DNA of 63,494 nt, counting the filler, from Pelomyxa schiedti (lineage: Eukaryota; Protista; Evosea): assembly GCA_020536535.1 (NCBI GenBank). It is 12 parts of 12 records of this genome, joined end to end, with 100 filler letters (N's around TTAATTAATTAA, not from the genome) between each part and the next. Parts side by side here need not be neighbours in the genome. Positions count along the whole stretch, not along the records: positions 1 to 2,134 come from JAHLWZ010002115.1; positions 2,235 to 10,475 come from JAHLWZ010000315.1; positions 10,576 to 11,581 come from JAHLWZ010003022.1; positions 11,682 to 36,712 come from JAHLWZ010001050.1; 8 more parts are not named here. One strand, written 5' to 3'. Shown here one piece after another: positions 1-12,571 of the stretch. The notes beneath the pieces are model-generated. The model was not told the origin of the DNA, ran no database searches, and saw nothing but the letters and a program-made list of their open reading frames with translations. Every line of letters begins with the position of its first letter. The first letter of the stretch is position 1. A program made the translations under genes and the position numbers.

Positions 1-1869
1 CCCCGGCAGGGATGTAGAACACAAAGTACAGCATGAAGCAGGCTGCTAGTGGTATCACTGTGAAGTACGCTATGCTACTGTACAGGTTGGTTATAACTGC
101 AAATGAGTCGGTGGATGAAAAGCTCACAATAGAAGAGGGTGTGGAGAAGCTGCTGCTGCTGGTGGATGATGCTGACGATGATGATGATGAGGGTGTTGAG
201 AAGTCTAGGGTGTCATACATGATTCCAACAAATAGGTAGCCTACTGCCCTGCCGAGTGCCCCAATGGCGTAGTTCACACCAAAGGCAAGAGGGGCCATCC
301 GCTGGTCCTTTCTGAATGTGAGGAGATGGGAAATGAGTGGGAGGTGGCAAGAGGGTGTGGGAGGTCCCATGGCGATGAATGCTGGGATTCCGACGCCAAA
401 TGACGCCCAGATAAGTGTGTTGGTAGTGGATGTGACTTGTGGTAGTACAAACAGCATCAAAGTAAAAAGTCCGGCAGCAACTATAGTAGAAGTTTGCGAT
501 ATCAGAGGTCTCAGGGCATACCCAAAGAGGGTGTATTTGCCACCTCGGCGATAGAGGCCTCCCAACTTATCACCCAGTACCCCTCCAAGAGCAATCCCAC
601 CAGTATTTGAAACCAGGAATGTGCTGAAAATAACTGCAGCAACTACCTTTTTGATTGTTAAATTGATCCGGAATACTGATGAAATACCTCAGGGAAGTCA
701 GTTGACTGAAACGCAAAAAGCAAGAACTCCAAAGAGGAACGAGGAATGTGGTGAATAAACTCCTGAACAACAATCAAGATGTACAACGGGCTATGTATGT
801 ATAAAAAGAAAGGACAGTTTTGCAATGGAACCTTTTACTCAGTTTTCGAAGATCCCGGAGGAAAGGTAAAATGGAAATTGATGTAGACTTGGTTTCTTTC
901 TCGGGTATAGAGACTGGCACAAGTTTCAAGAAAAAAGCAATAAGGGTAACTACTCCTGCAAGAATACTTTGGTAAAGTTAGTTGGTGATAACACATGAAA
1001 AATACCTGCATCCCCCAACAGCATAAAATGCTACCCTAAAAGCACCACAATACTTCGATTGTTTTATGCCACTTGCAGACACGATTGCTGGTACTAACAT
1101 GCATACAATAACGCCACACATGCAAATTATACCTTCTTTGTTTAAGGGAAAGGTCTTTCGGAAAGAATGTCAGTACCATGAACACTGTATATTCTTCCTC
1201 TCGTTTTTGGAGTAAAATTCTGGGAAATAAACGAGTCAACAGAAGGAAAAACCTAGTTTGAAGAGTGAGATAGATATTGTTACTATAAGAAGGAAAAACC
1301 ACACAGAAGCTAAAAGACCTCCTCTGAGACATAATAAAATCATGAGCTGCCAAAAAGTTTGGCACAATCCAAGGCAACACGATACAGTTCCCCACAAAAT
1401 ACTTTTGCGCAATATTAAAAGAGAAGAGTGGATAGTCAATGGAAAAAATGTGATAAGTTACCTTGTAACACCAAGTATCAAGCACGGCAACGGCTTCCAC
1501 TCAACAACAGGGCCCCATAATACAGCGGCGGCAGCCTGAACCACCGTACTACCAACACTGAGCAGTCCCAGCTCCAGTGTGTCTAAACCACTTGTAAATC
1601 AGTGTGCCCCCACCCGCCAAAATACGAAGAGGGCAGGGAAAAAACAAGTACAAACCGCAGCCCACATCGTAAGCGATATAGCGATACGACGCCGGAAGCG
1701 TGCTCATGCTCCCAAACCCGAAAAAAGCGACGCCGTTGAGCAGCCAAAACGCCACCCGACGTTTCCGCCTCTCCTCTCTCACATAAACACCGCCTCCGCT
1801 GTCGTTGTTGCCGTCGTTGTCGTGTTCGCCGGTACCACTTGCGTGGCCTTCGCCACCGTGGTCGCTCAT
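1..1869 (-). CDS. Major facilitator superfamily transporter (spinster-like), multi-exon, 3' end runs off the window
   Basis: Hand-spliced exons give hydrophobic helices in an MFS-like pattern: MSDHGG...VAFWLLNGVAFFGFGSMSTLPASY, LELGLLSVGSTVVQAAAAVLWGP, ILWGTVSCCLGLCQTFWQLMILLCLRGGLLA, ...AIGALGRAVGYLFVGIMYD, ...IAYFTVIPLAACFMLYFVFY. Confidence 0.7.
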
Positions 1870-2134
1870 CTGTTGGTTTTTTTTTTCTTTTGCACAAACG
1901 AACTTCCGCATTACAGTAATTACCGGGTCCATGATCTGGGGATTTTTTTTTGGGCTGGTCTGTTTCTTTGATGCTGTGATGTTCATAACTGGATCATGGG
2001 CGAAGGGGCGAAAGTGTCAGTGTTTTCCTCTATGAAGTCTTCGCCCAAAAACCCAAGGGGCGAAGGTTTTTGCTGTCACTTCCCTCTGGAAACCTTCGCC
2101 CCTAGGGCGAAGGTTTTTCCTCTCAAAAAGCCTC

Positions 2135-2234
2135 NNNNNNNNNNNNNNNNNNNNNNNNNNNNNNNNNNNNNNNNNNNNTTAATTAATTAANNNNNNNNNN
2201 NNNNNNNNNNNNNNNNNNNNNNNNNNNNNNNNNN
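2135..2234. other. Artificial contig-concatenation linker (stop codons in all six frames)
   Basis: 44 N + TTAATTAATTAA + 44 N. Identical linkers at 10476-10575, 11582-11681, 36713-36812, 38180-38279, 51684-51783, 52899-52998, 54709-54808, 55820-55919, 58916-59015 and 61278-61377. Adjacency across these is not biological. Confidence 0.98.
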
Positions 2235-5175
2235 CTCAGTCATCAGTATTCCAAACCCCCACATGTCCCCTGTATTTTTGTAGGTGATTCAAACCACACA
2301 GAAAATGAAATAACTCAACCTTTGACTGAGTAATGTGCAGTTGACATTTGGGGAGCCATGTAAACAGGCGTTCCAGGCCCAATGGTTCTGTTGGTACCTT
2401 GGCTGATCAGTCTTGTTGTTGTTGTCCCTTGTGGGTCCATGGCTCGTGACACACCTTGGGTATTCAGAGGAAATCATTTTTAACAAAGTTCACACCAAAA
2501 TCACAAATCTTGGGAACGCCATTTGCATCAAAGAGTACATTGTTGCTGCTCAGATCCCTGTGCATGAAGTTTTGCCTGTGTGTATTTGAGTGTTTATTGG
2601 GATTATTATTAGTTTGGTGGTTGTTGGTTATTTTTTAGCCAGAACCAAGCAAAAATAAAGAGACCTGTGGAGGCTGTCCATTCCCTTGGCAACATTCAGC
2701 GCAATGGCTGAAACTTCCTTGATGCTCAGTCGTTTCTTCTTTTTGTTTGGATTGGTGGTGCATTGGCGATTTAGATCATGTGTGATTCAGTAGAATACAC
2801 AAGCAAACTCTCTGCGAGCGTGAGCACGAACACCGAGACTGAGAGACTGACCTGCTGAGTCAGCACTCCGACCTTAGAATCACGACTTAAACCTCACAAA
2901 TCAAAACAAACAGAACAAATAATAGAATCTCTTTCTTGATCTCATTCTTGTTCTATGCTTTGCCATCACACAACGAACTACATCCCACAGAAGCACACAA
3001 TCATCAAACCTGTGCCAGAAGTTGTCTGAGGCTGCAACACATGAGCTCAGACACGATCTGAAGTTTCCCTGTTCCTGTAGTTGATGTTCCAATGCATCCC
3101 ACAATGTTGGGATGCCTCAATGCACTCACAATCTGTGTGTTTAAAATTTATTTGGAAACACAGGTATAAAAATACCTCCGCCTCAAGCATGAAACTTGAA
3201 ACATTTCTCTCAGAACTGATGATGTCATAAAGTGTTTTCACAGCAACTTCTCTTCCAGAGGGTGTGTGCATGCACTTGACCACTGTTCCGTAACTTCCAC
3301 TTCCCAATGGAGAAACAAATTTCAGGTCTGACTCGTTGATGGTCAAAACAGGTTCCATTTGCACCTTCATCTCTAGTGTTTGGTAAGATAGTTTTTTTTT
3401 TGCATCAAGTGGGAGTCAACCTGGGATTCCACCTTCAACAGGGGAAACCAGTTGAGAAAATGACAGTGAGGGAAAAGCAGAGAGTGTTGTCTCAGAATGA
3501 CTGAGGACTGACAGAGAGATGACCTGCTGGTTTTCATCAAGGCCAAATCGTTTCTCAACTGCCATCTTCACAACCTATTGTTGTTTGTTTTGTTTGTTTG
3601 TTTCTGGTGTTGACATCATCAAACCTTGTCCAATGGGCACAATGAACAAACTGACTCAGCAAATCCGATGTGGTGCCTCTCCAGTGTGACTGCAATTTTC
3701 TTCATCACACACAATCTGCTTCTAACTTCTTGTGTGCTTTGAGAGTCTCTTAGTGGTGGAGATGGCGCACTGATGGATTTCACCCAAACACCCTGTTGGA
3801 TATGCATCAGCACGTGTTCAAAGCCTGCATTTGAGATTTTCTTTCAGGTGGGGTGAAGGACAAGGGTAAACTTACATTGTGNNNNNNNNNNNNNNNNNNN
3901 NNNNNNNNNNNNNNNNNNNNNNNNNNNNNNNNNNNNNNNNNNNNNNNNNNNNNNNNNNNNNNNNNNNNNNNNNNNNNNNNNGATGGCGCACTGATGGATT
4001 TCACCCAAACACCCTGTTGGATATGCATCAGCACGTGTTCAAAGCCTGCATTTGAGATTTTCTTTCAGGTGGGGTGAAGGACAAGGGTAAACTTACATTG
4101 TGTTTGCTCATGAAGTTTCTGTTTCAAGGACTGATTTTCAGTTTTTAACCTTGTCAGTTCCTGGATAAAAAGAGTAATGTTCCTGTTATGAATAGAATGG
4201 ATGCTTTGACAAAACCTCCATAATGTTCACGTCACCACATCCCATGCTGTGGCTCCTCATGCTCCCTCGTTCTTGGACGATTCCATTTTTCAAAGTTCCT
4301 TCCACCGTGGTCCCATCACCACCAACTCTCTGGAATGTTGCTTTGCCATCCCCATCACCACTCACCATGAATGTGCCTGTGAACTGGTCACCGTTTGACC
4401 ACCTCATTGTTCCTGACTTGATCACACCCATCTCCCAAACACCATCAAAAGATTTCCCATCACATGCCCATGTCTTTCTCCCTGTTCCATGCTCCTTCCC
4501 ACGCACCCACTGGCCCTCGTGCCTGTCACCATTTGCCCACAGCCTCACACCCCGTCCATGGAACATGTCGCTCTGCCACCCCCCAATGTAGCTGCCTCCA
4601 CCTTGGTTAGTGGCATCAAACAATATTTTCCCTCTCCCACTCTTCTTGCCGTGGTGAAACATGCCACAGTAAATGTCATCTGTTTCCCGTGACCTCCACG
4701 TGCCATGCCCGTGCCACTCGTTCCTGTCCCACATACCATCATACACGAGATCCTTACCTATGTGAAGACCCCGCCCCTGCATCTCATGCGCCTCTCCTGC
4801 GTCACTGCACTCCCAGTAACCATTGTAGATTTCAGTGTTGCCCTCAGTGAACCACTTTCCGAGCTTCCAGTTGCCGTCCCTCCACAGGCCCTCGTAGCGC
4901 GACCCGTCGGGCAGCACGTGCGTGCCCCATCCGTCCCTGCTGCCGTTGCTGTACTCGCCGTTGTAGGTGCTGCCGTCTGGCCACGTGTACACGCCGCGGC
5001 CGTGCCTGTTGTCGTCCCGCCACTCGCCGTGGTACGTGGTGCCGTCGGGCCACGTGCACGTGCCGGTGCCGTCGCGGATGTTGCCGACGAGGCGCCCTGT
5101 GTACGTGCCGTTGTCGGGCGACGTGTGGTGGTTCTCAACCATCTGAACCGTGAGGCCTGAAGATGAGCCCGACAT
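2235..5175 (-). CDS. MORN-repeat / ubiquitin-like / TKL protein kinase, copy A (3' truncated by contig end)
   Basis: First exon has many MORN repeats (YxGxWxxxxxHGxG). Later exons carry LGSGSYGTV, VAVK, LRHPNIV, HRDLSSNNVL, KICDFG, GTPVYMAP and DMWGFG. Confidence 0.88.
3761..4102. other. Scaffold gap with exactly duplicated 121-bp flanks (assembly overlap)
   Basis: 3761-3881 is identical to 3982-4102, on either side of 100 N that contain no linker motif. Confidence 0.9.
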
Positions 5176-5233
5176 TTTGATGGTGAAACTACGAAGCAGC
5201 TAAAAAGTTGTTGATAAAGGATAAAGGGAAAAT

Positions 5234-8200
5234 TCAGTGTGATGAAGAAGAAAGGTGAATGGCAGGTACGAGAGCATTGAGCCACTGTGTGATGCACTCG
5301 TTCACTTGGTCGTCTGTCACAGTGCCCCCTGCTGTTGTTGCTGTTTGTGATGATGACACAATGGCGGTGCAGCAACACAACATCAGTTTCACGATCACTG
5401 TGAATGGAAACCTGTCCCTCTCTGTGAGTTGGGGGCCAGTGAGTGATCACCACAAGCCAAGAGAAGGAAACACACACCAAGGATCGAGAGGCACGACTCA
5501 ACAGCAAGTACAACGAGGTCTGCAGCTGCTGCCACCACTGTTGGTAGTCCATCTGTCAACTGCAGAAGTGGGGAATCAGGGGAGTGCATGAGGTGGGTAA
5601 CAGCATCAATGGAAGCATTCCTCCTGCTCAAGCAGCTTGCAATGAATGACTCCCTTGACTCCCGGCAAAGTTTGTTCACCTCTGTTTTCAGTGAGTGAGA
5701 GGTCAAGAAACAACAAGGAGAAGGAACAAACCTTCAACTTCTTGAGGTGACAGCAATCTCCTCTGTTCGTTCATGAAGTCTGCCTGTGAGCGGAGCGGGA
5801 GGCTGTCAAAGGGCGAGTCAACAATGTCACCATTGAGCATCTCAGTCATCAGTATTCCAAACCCCCACATGTCCCCTGTGTTTTTTTTTTTTTTTGTTTT
5901 CCAAAGGATCAAGGAAAATGAAATCACTCAACCTTTGATGGAGTAATGTGCAGTTGCCATTTGAGGAGCCATGTAAACAGGTGTTCCAGGCCCAATGGTC
6001 CTGTTGGTACCTTGAGTTATCAGTCTTGTTGTTGTTGTCCCTTGTGGGTCCATGGCTCGTGACACACCTTGATGAATGATTCAAAGGACCTAATTCTTTA
6101 CGATCATACCAAAGTCACAAATCTTTGGAACACCATTTGCATCGAAGAGTACATTGTTGCTGCTCAGATCCCTGTGCATGAAGTTTTGCCTGGTGTATTG
6201 TTTGTTTGGTATTTTTGCATCAAAAAGACACAGACCTGTGGAGGCTGTCCATTCCCTTTGCAACGTCCAATGCAATGGCTGAAACTTCCTTGATACTCAG
6301 TCGTTTCTTTTTGGATTTGTTGTGCATTGGAGAATTTCAAGAACAAAGCATCAAACCTGTTTCAGAAGTTGCCTGAGGCTGCAACACATGAGCTCAGACA
6401 CAATCTGAAGTTTCCCTGTTCCAGTAGTTGATGTTCCAATGCATTCCACGATGTTGGGATGCCTCAATGCACTCACAATCTGTTGTGCTTATTTATTTGG
6501 CTGTGAACTCAATGTGAAAATACCTCAGCCTCAAGCATGAAACTTGCAACATTTCTCTCAGAACTGATGATGTCATAAAGTGTTTTCACAGCAACTTCTC
6601 TTCCAGAGGGTGTGTGCATGCACTTGACAACTGTCCCGTAGCTTCCACTCCCCAATGGAGAAGCAAATTTAAGGTCTGCCTCGTTGATGGTCAAAACAGG
6701 TTCCATTCTCACCTTCATCTCTGTGTTTTGTCAGGTGTTGTGCATCAAGAGGAGGGTCAACCTGGGATTCCACATTCAACAGGGGAAACCAGTTGAGAAA
6801 GTGACAGTGATGGGGACGCAGAGAGTGTTGTCTCAGAAACTGAGAAAGAGATGACTTGCTGGTTTTCATTGAGGCCAAACCGTTTCTCAACTTCGATCTT
6901 CACAACTTGCTCATTGTTTGTTTGTTCCCCTGATTCACAACTTGTTGGAGCGTTTACACCATCATACCTTGTCCAATGGGCACAATGAGCAAACTTCCTC
7001 TGCAAATCCAATGTTGTGCTTTTCCAGTGTCACTGAAACTTTCTTCATCACACATGATCTGCTCTTCACCTCTTCTTCTTTTGTGCTTTGAGAGTGTCTT
7101 CTGAGTTGTGGTGAAGGAGTACTGATGGATTTCACCCAAACACCCTGTTGGATCTGCTTCAGTGTGTGTTCAACGCCTGCATTTGTGAATTTCGTTCATG
7201 AAAGAGTGCAACTGACATTGTGTTTGCTCATGAAGCTTCTGTTTCAAGGACTGATTCTCAGTTTTCAACCTTGTCAGTTCCTGGATTAAAAAGAGTAACT
7301 GAACAGATTTTTTGGTGACAAACACAAGTAAAACCTCCATAAGGTTCACATCAGCACATCCCATGCAGTGGCTCCTCATGTTCGCTCGTTCTTGGAAGAT
7401 TCCATTTTTCAAAGTGCCTTCACCTGTGGAACCATCACCACCAACTCTCTGGAATGTCGCTTTGCCATCACCATCACCACTCACCATGAACGTCCCTGTG
7501 AACTGGTCACCATTTGGCCACTTCATTGTCCCCGACTTCATCACACCCATCTCCCAAACACCATCAAAAGATTTCCCATCACTTGCCCACGTCTTCCTCC
7601 CTGTTCCATGCTCCTTCCCACGCACCCACTGGCCCTCGTGCCTGTCACCGTTTGCCCATAGCCTCACCCCCTTACCATGGAACATGTCGCTCTGCCACCC
7701 CCCAATGTAGCTCCCTCCACCTTGATTGGTGGCACCAAACAACATTTTCCCTCTCCCACTCTTCTTGCCATGGTCAAACATGCCGCAGTAAATGTCACCT
7801 GTTTCCCGTGACCTCCACGTGCCATGCCCGTGCCACTCGTTCCTGTCCCACCCGCCCTCATACTCAAGAGCCTTACCTACGTGAACACCCCACACCTGCA
7901 TCTCATGCGCCTCTGCTGACTCGTTGTACTCCCAGTAACCATTGTAGATTTCAGTGTTGCCCTCGGTGAACCACGTCCCAACATCCCAGTTGCCGCGACT
8001 CCACAGCCCCTGGTAGCGCGACCCGTCGGCCAGCGTGTGCGTGCCCCATCCGTCCCTGTCGCCTTTGCTGTACTCGCCGTTGTAGGTGCTGCCGTCTGGC
8101 CACGTGTACAGGCCTCGGCCGTGCCTGTTGTCGTCCGCCACTCGCCGTGGTACGTGGTGCCGTCGGGCCACGTGCACGTGCCGGTGCCGTCGCGGATGTT

Positions 8201-8293
8201 GCCGACGAGGCGCCCTGTGTACGTGCCGTTGTCGGGCGACGTGTAGTGGTTCTCAACCATCTGAACCATGAGGCCTGAAGATGAGCCCGACAT
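5234..8293 (-). pseudogene. MORN / Ubl / TKL kinase copy B, full length but frameshifted in exon 1
   Basis: Paralog of copy A (same MSGSSSGL start, same exon layout). A 1-nt deletion near 8135 (TGGCGGACG vs TGGCGGGACG in copy A) splits the MORN exon between ORFs 7877-8293 and 7170-8177. Could be a sequencing error. Confidence 0.7.
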
Positions 8294-8320
8294 TTTGATG
8301 GTGAAACTACGAAGCAGCTA

Positions 8321-10310
8321 CACTGGGGGGCAAGTCAAATGAGAAAAACAGAATTTTTTAGGGAGCAAGGCAGGGTGAAGCGGCCCGATTTTGCCGGGAT
8401 TTGTTGATGTTTTGTGCCGCGGGGCGGTTGGCGCGGCAGCGCGGCGGCAGCGCGGCGTGTGGGTTCGTTGAATCGGGTCTCGCCGCGGCGACGCTGTTCT
8501 GACATAAATGGCATGTTTGGGGTTGTGCCTACTTGTGAGGAGACTTGCGTCTTTGATTATCGCCACAACCTTCAAAAAAATCGATTCCCACGAGGGGAGA
8601 CCATGCACTATGAGTGGTGAGGACTCCGGAGGTACAACCGGTACCCTTGCCTCCCATTTGTTTTGCGTTCCCTTTTCCATCACTCCTCGTGCCATCTACA
8701 TCTGCTCCTGTTTATTTTATTCTGAATACATACAGTTCGCTTTTGCGTTTGTTTGGTAAATATTAAATTAATTTACATTTATTTGTCATTTATTTCGTGA
8801 CTTTTCTAATTCTTAAGAAAATTAAAGTAAGTAAGTAATTCAAAGTAATTTGATTTCGTAAAATATGGAATTATCTGGTTAATTTACTTTTTTATTTTAT
8901 TTAAGTAAGTCTATATTAAAATTAAAGCAACTAGTTACGCATTTAGGTCTTTTCCATTCGACCTGTACGAAAAGTCTCCGGCCATTACACCACATCCCTT
9001 TTTGTATTTACAGCTTCGCACTGGTATGTGTCTTCTTTCTTCGTTTCCTCTTTTTTCCAGTCCGACATAACATAATTTAGGTGCCGGATGTGGCTGTCAT
9101 CCCAGCCGAGGTCACTTCCTTCTGTCTGTATTTTCCTCACCATCACGGTATGTAACTTCTTTTTTTTTTTTTTTTTTTACACTTCAGAAGACCGCTCAGC
9201 TGCTAAGATTAGGACCGACACGAATATGCATCCCTTCCCCTTTTGTCATCACCCCACCCAACAGTACTAGGTACCGGACTCGGGGGACCCGAAGGTCGAA
9301 TTCCAGGGGTGCACCACAGGCCGGAATTCCCTTCTTGCTCTCTCAACCCCTTTCACTCTCATGCATTCCCACAACGCCTCTCCAAAATGTGGAGAAAAAA
9401 AAAGGCACAACGATTTGGTATTCAAAGACTTTAGTGGCAATGTTTTTTTTTTTTTTTTGCCTGAAGTCGATTTTCTACTTCAGGCCAGTACAGAGGGTGA
9501 GGATTGTGAGAGTGTGTGAGAGGAATTCGGCCTTGTCATACCGGTACCTCGTATCAGGCTGATGACAAAAGGGAAGGGATGTGCATTGGTGTTTGTTGTC
9601 ATCTTATTCCTAAGTGTAAAAAAAAAAAGAAGTTACATACCACCGTGGTGGTGCTGAAAATACATACAGAAGGAAGTGACCTTGGCTGTGATGACAGCTA
9701 CGTCCAGCACCTCAATTATGTTAGGGCATACGGAAACGAAGAAAGAAGAAGCCACATAACAGAAAGCTGCTGCAAATACAAAAAAGGATGTGGTGTAATG
9801 GCCGGAGACTTTTCGTACATGGAAAACAACCTAGATGCGTAATTACTTACTGTAATTTTAATATAAGCTATTTATTTAAACAAAATAAAAAAGTTAATAA
9901 TTAACGATAATGTAGTATTGCACCAATTTAAATAAACTATTGGGAAATAATTTAAATAAATTAGAAGCATAATAAGCAAATGGAACGGGGTAGACAACAA
10001 AAAGCAAATGGAAGATTACCGGTTGTCCCACTTCGCCACTGGTGGCACGGTCTTCCCTCGTCGTACTCATCGATTTTTTTGAAGGTTGTGGCGATAATCA
10101 AAGACGCAAGCCACAGAACAATGCCAAAACCCATTTATGTCAGAACAGCGTCGCCGCGGCGGGACCCGATTCAACGAACCCACACGCCGCGGCGCCGCGC
10201 CAACCGCCCCGCGGCACAAAACATCAACAAATCCCGGCAAAATCGGGCCGCTTCACCCTGCCTTGCTCCCTAAAAAATTCTGTTTTTCTCATTTGACTTG
10301 CCCCTCAGAG
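8321..10310. mobile_element. Non-autonomous foldback / long-TIR DNA element (~2.0 kb)
   Basis: Ends read CACTGGGGGGCAAGTCAAATG... and ...CATTTGACTTGCCCCTCAGAG. The outer ~110 bp are near-perfect inverted repeats, and degenerate inverted similarity continues to ~9360/9490. The paralogous intergenic region at 5176-5233 lacks it. No transposase ORF. Confidence 0.85.
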
Positions 10311-10321
10311 AAAGGGAAAAT

Positions 10322-10475
10322 TCAGTGTGATGAAGAAAGGTGAATGGCAGGGATGAGAGCATTGAGCCACTGTGTGATGCACTCGTTCACTTGGTCGTCT
10401 GTCACAGTGCCCCCTGCTGTTGTTGCTTCTGCTTGTGACACAATGGCGGTGCAGCAACACAACATCAGTTTCACG
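10322..10475 (-). CDS. 3' end of a third kinase-array copy (copy C)
   Basis: Matches the last exon of copy B (...DDQVNECITQWLNAL...HLSSSH-stop; compare 5234-5395). Confidence 0.8.
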
Positions 10476-11681
10476 NNNNNNNNNNNNNNNNNNNNNNNNN
10501 NNNNNNNNNNNNNNNNNNNTTAATTAATTAANNNNNNNNNNNNNNNNNNNNNNNNNNNNNNNNNNNNNNNNNNNNTATGGAAGCTTAAAATTATGGAAGC
10601 TTCCCAGGTGGGAATCTTACACTGAATTGCGCAGTTGCTGAACATAGATCTTCAGCCCCGGAGAATCAATGCCCAGAGATGGCTGCTTAGAGCCATCCAA
10701 AGGCAAAAGCAATGGCAAAGAACGTCGCAGACCACGTGTAGTGCCGTCGCGTAGCGAGGCCAATTTGGGGCACTTGCCTAAGTTTTCGTGAGTGGGCAGG
10801 ATAGAAGAGAGTCTTACCGCCATCGGGGACAGGGCCCATCTATCGGCAGTCGCTCGGACACCACACTACCTTGGGATCATCCCTCTTTAAGAGAGAATCT
10901 TTATCCCTTACACATTACCACCCACTACACGACATTCCTACAATAGTGTGTTGGCCAACAAGAAACCATAATGGTTATTATTTATTACCCATCAATACAT
11001 TAAATAGAAAAAGGAAATGGTCTTTTACCTTGTGGTTAGTTCCTGCAGTACGACATTCAATTGGCTTGACGGCCATGTGTTGGTGTCCTCCATTTCACTC
11101 GAAACCAACGAACAATGACCGAAACACCTCACCACAAGCAAACAGAGTGACGTCACCGCAACCGTGTTACTATCATCAGCCGGTTACCGTAATGCCACGC
11201 ATCCATCATCGTGTGGTTCTTCTCAGAAAGTGGAATGTTTTGATGAATGAGGAGATTTTTTTTCTTTTCTTTTTGTGCATGCAACCGACTGTTGACAATC
11301 TACCAGAGAGTGCAACCCATCATCACGAAGTGCAGCAACAGAATGGTGTTGAACTCTCGGCACCAACACCACACACGAGCAAAACCAACCAAACGGAGGC
11401 TATGGGAGGGGTCTGGCCCCAATCGTGCGTTACGACAATGACGCCCAAGAGGTTCATTTGTTGTTGTTGTACAGCTTATATATTATTGGCTTTTTGCTTA
11501 TCCACTATGAAACATCTCACTGTCGAGTGAGAAATCAACTCGAACTTCTTGACTGCAGAGTGCTGCACAGGTCACCGCACANNNNNNNNNNNNNNNNNNN
11601 NNNNNNNNNNNNNNNNNNNNNNNNNTTAATTAATTAANNNNNNNNNNNNNNNNNNNNNNNNNNNNNNNNNNNNNNNNNNNN

Positions 11682-12378
11682 CTCCTATCCCCATCCCACC
11701 CGGCCCCCCAGCACCAGCCCCAGTTCCAGAACACACACCTCATTTGGCTGAGAGTACCAATGCGGACACTCTTAGCCCACCCCTAGTCACTTCACTTGCC
11801 GAGTCCATTCCCACTCCCATTACAAGCACTTCCCCTCCTTCAGAGATACCACTTGTGCAGGTGGCCACAGTAACACCCACAGCCGACAAACTGAAAACGG
11901 AACAGGGAGAGCATGGCCTAGCTTCCCCAAGTCTGTCTTCTTGGGAAGGTGAACAAGACGTCCCAGAGGAATCAAGTATAAAAAGTGAAGTGAATGAAGA
12001 GACCGATGCAGTGACCCCATCCAGTGCGTTTTCCCATTTGCCAATACCGCCTCAGTTCCTTAACACCGTCATGCAGAACGGACTCGTGAAGAAGCAGGCA
12101 TAGAGCACGAAGTCACGCAGTCGAAACGCATCTGCACATTGCAAGAAACTGTGACAACTTCCGGTGTTGCCTCCCCAATTCCAGAGGAGCAGCACGACTC
12201 TATCACGGAAGAAAGATACCCTGCTGTACCACCCGAATCCAACAGTATGGGTTCCTCACCTGCAGTAAATGTACTCACAATTACACCAGCGGCTGACTCC
12301 GCCCCTCAGAAAGACAATACCTCAACCGACCAGTGCGTTATCATAGTTGTAGTTAATAGTTTCCTCACCTTATTGTAG
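11682..12378 (+). CDS. C-terminal part of a Pro/Ser/Thr/Glu-rich hypothetical protein (left-arm copy)
   Basis: Low-complexity ORFs 11744-12103 and 12139-12378, open from the contig start. Exon boundaries uncertain. Confidence 0.45.
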
Positions 12379-12571
12379 GACTTGAGAATGAATTCCTTGC
12401 TAACCATCTTCCAACAACTGCAATCCTATATGTCTATTGTTTTTTTTGCACAAGAACAGAAATTGGCTTGCGCATTTTTTTTTAATTTTTTTTTTAAAAT
12501 AGAATAGTATATTTTCGAACGAGAAGCCTTTCTCTGGTTCTTCTTGTTTGTAGTATATGCATGCCATGAAC

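Noticed and set aside
2179-2190. Recurrent palindromic TTAATTAATTAA motif
   Set aside because: Always centred in a fixed 100-nt N block. It is a synthetic six-frame-stop linker, and ORFs ending in LIN are artefacts of it.
3761-4102. 121-bp direct repeat in kinase copy A
   Set aside because: Exact duplicate on both sides of a scaffold gap; typical unmerged assembly overlap.
10576-11581. ORFs 10617-10823 and 10871-11530
   Set aside because: No recognisable domain or convincing splice model on this short contig, so left unannotated.
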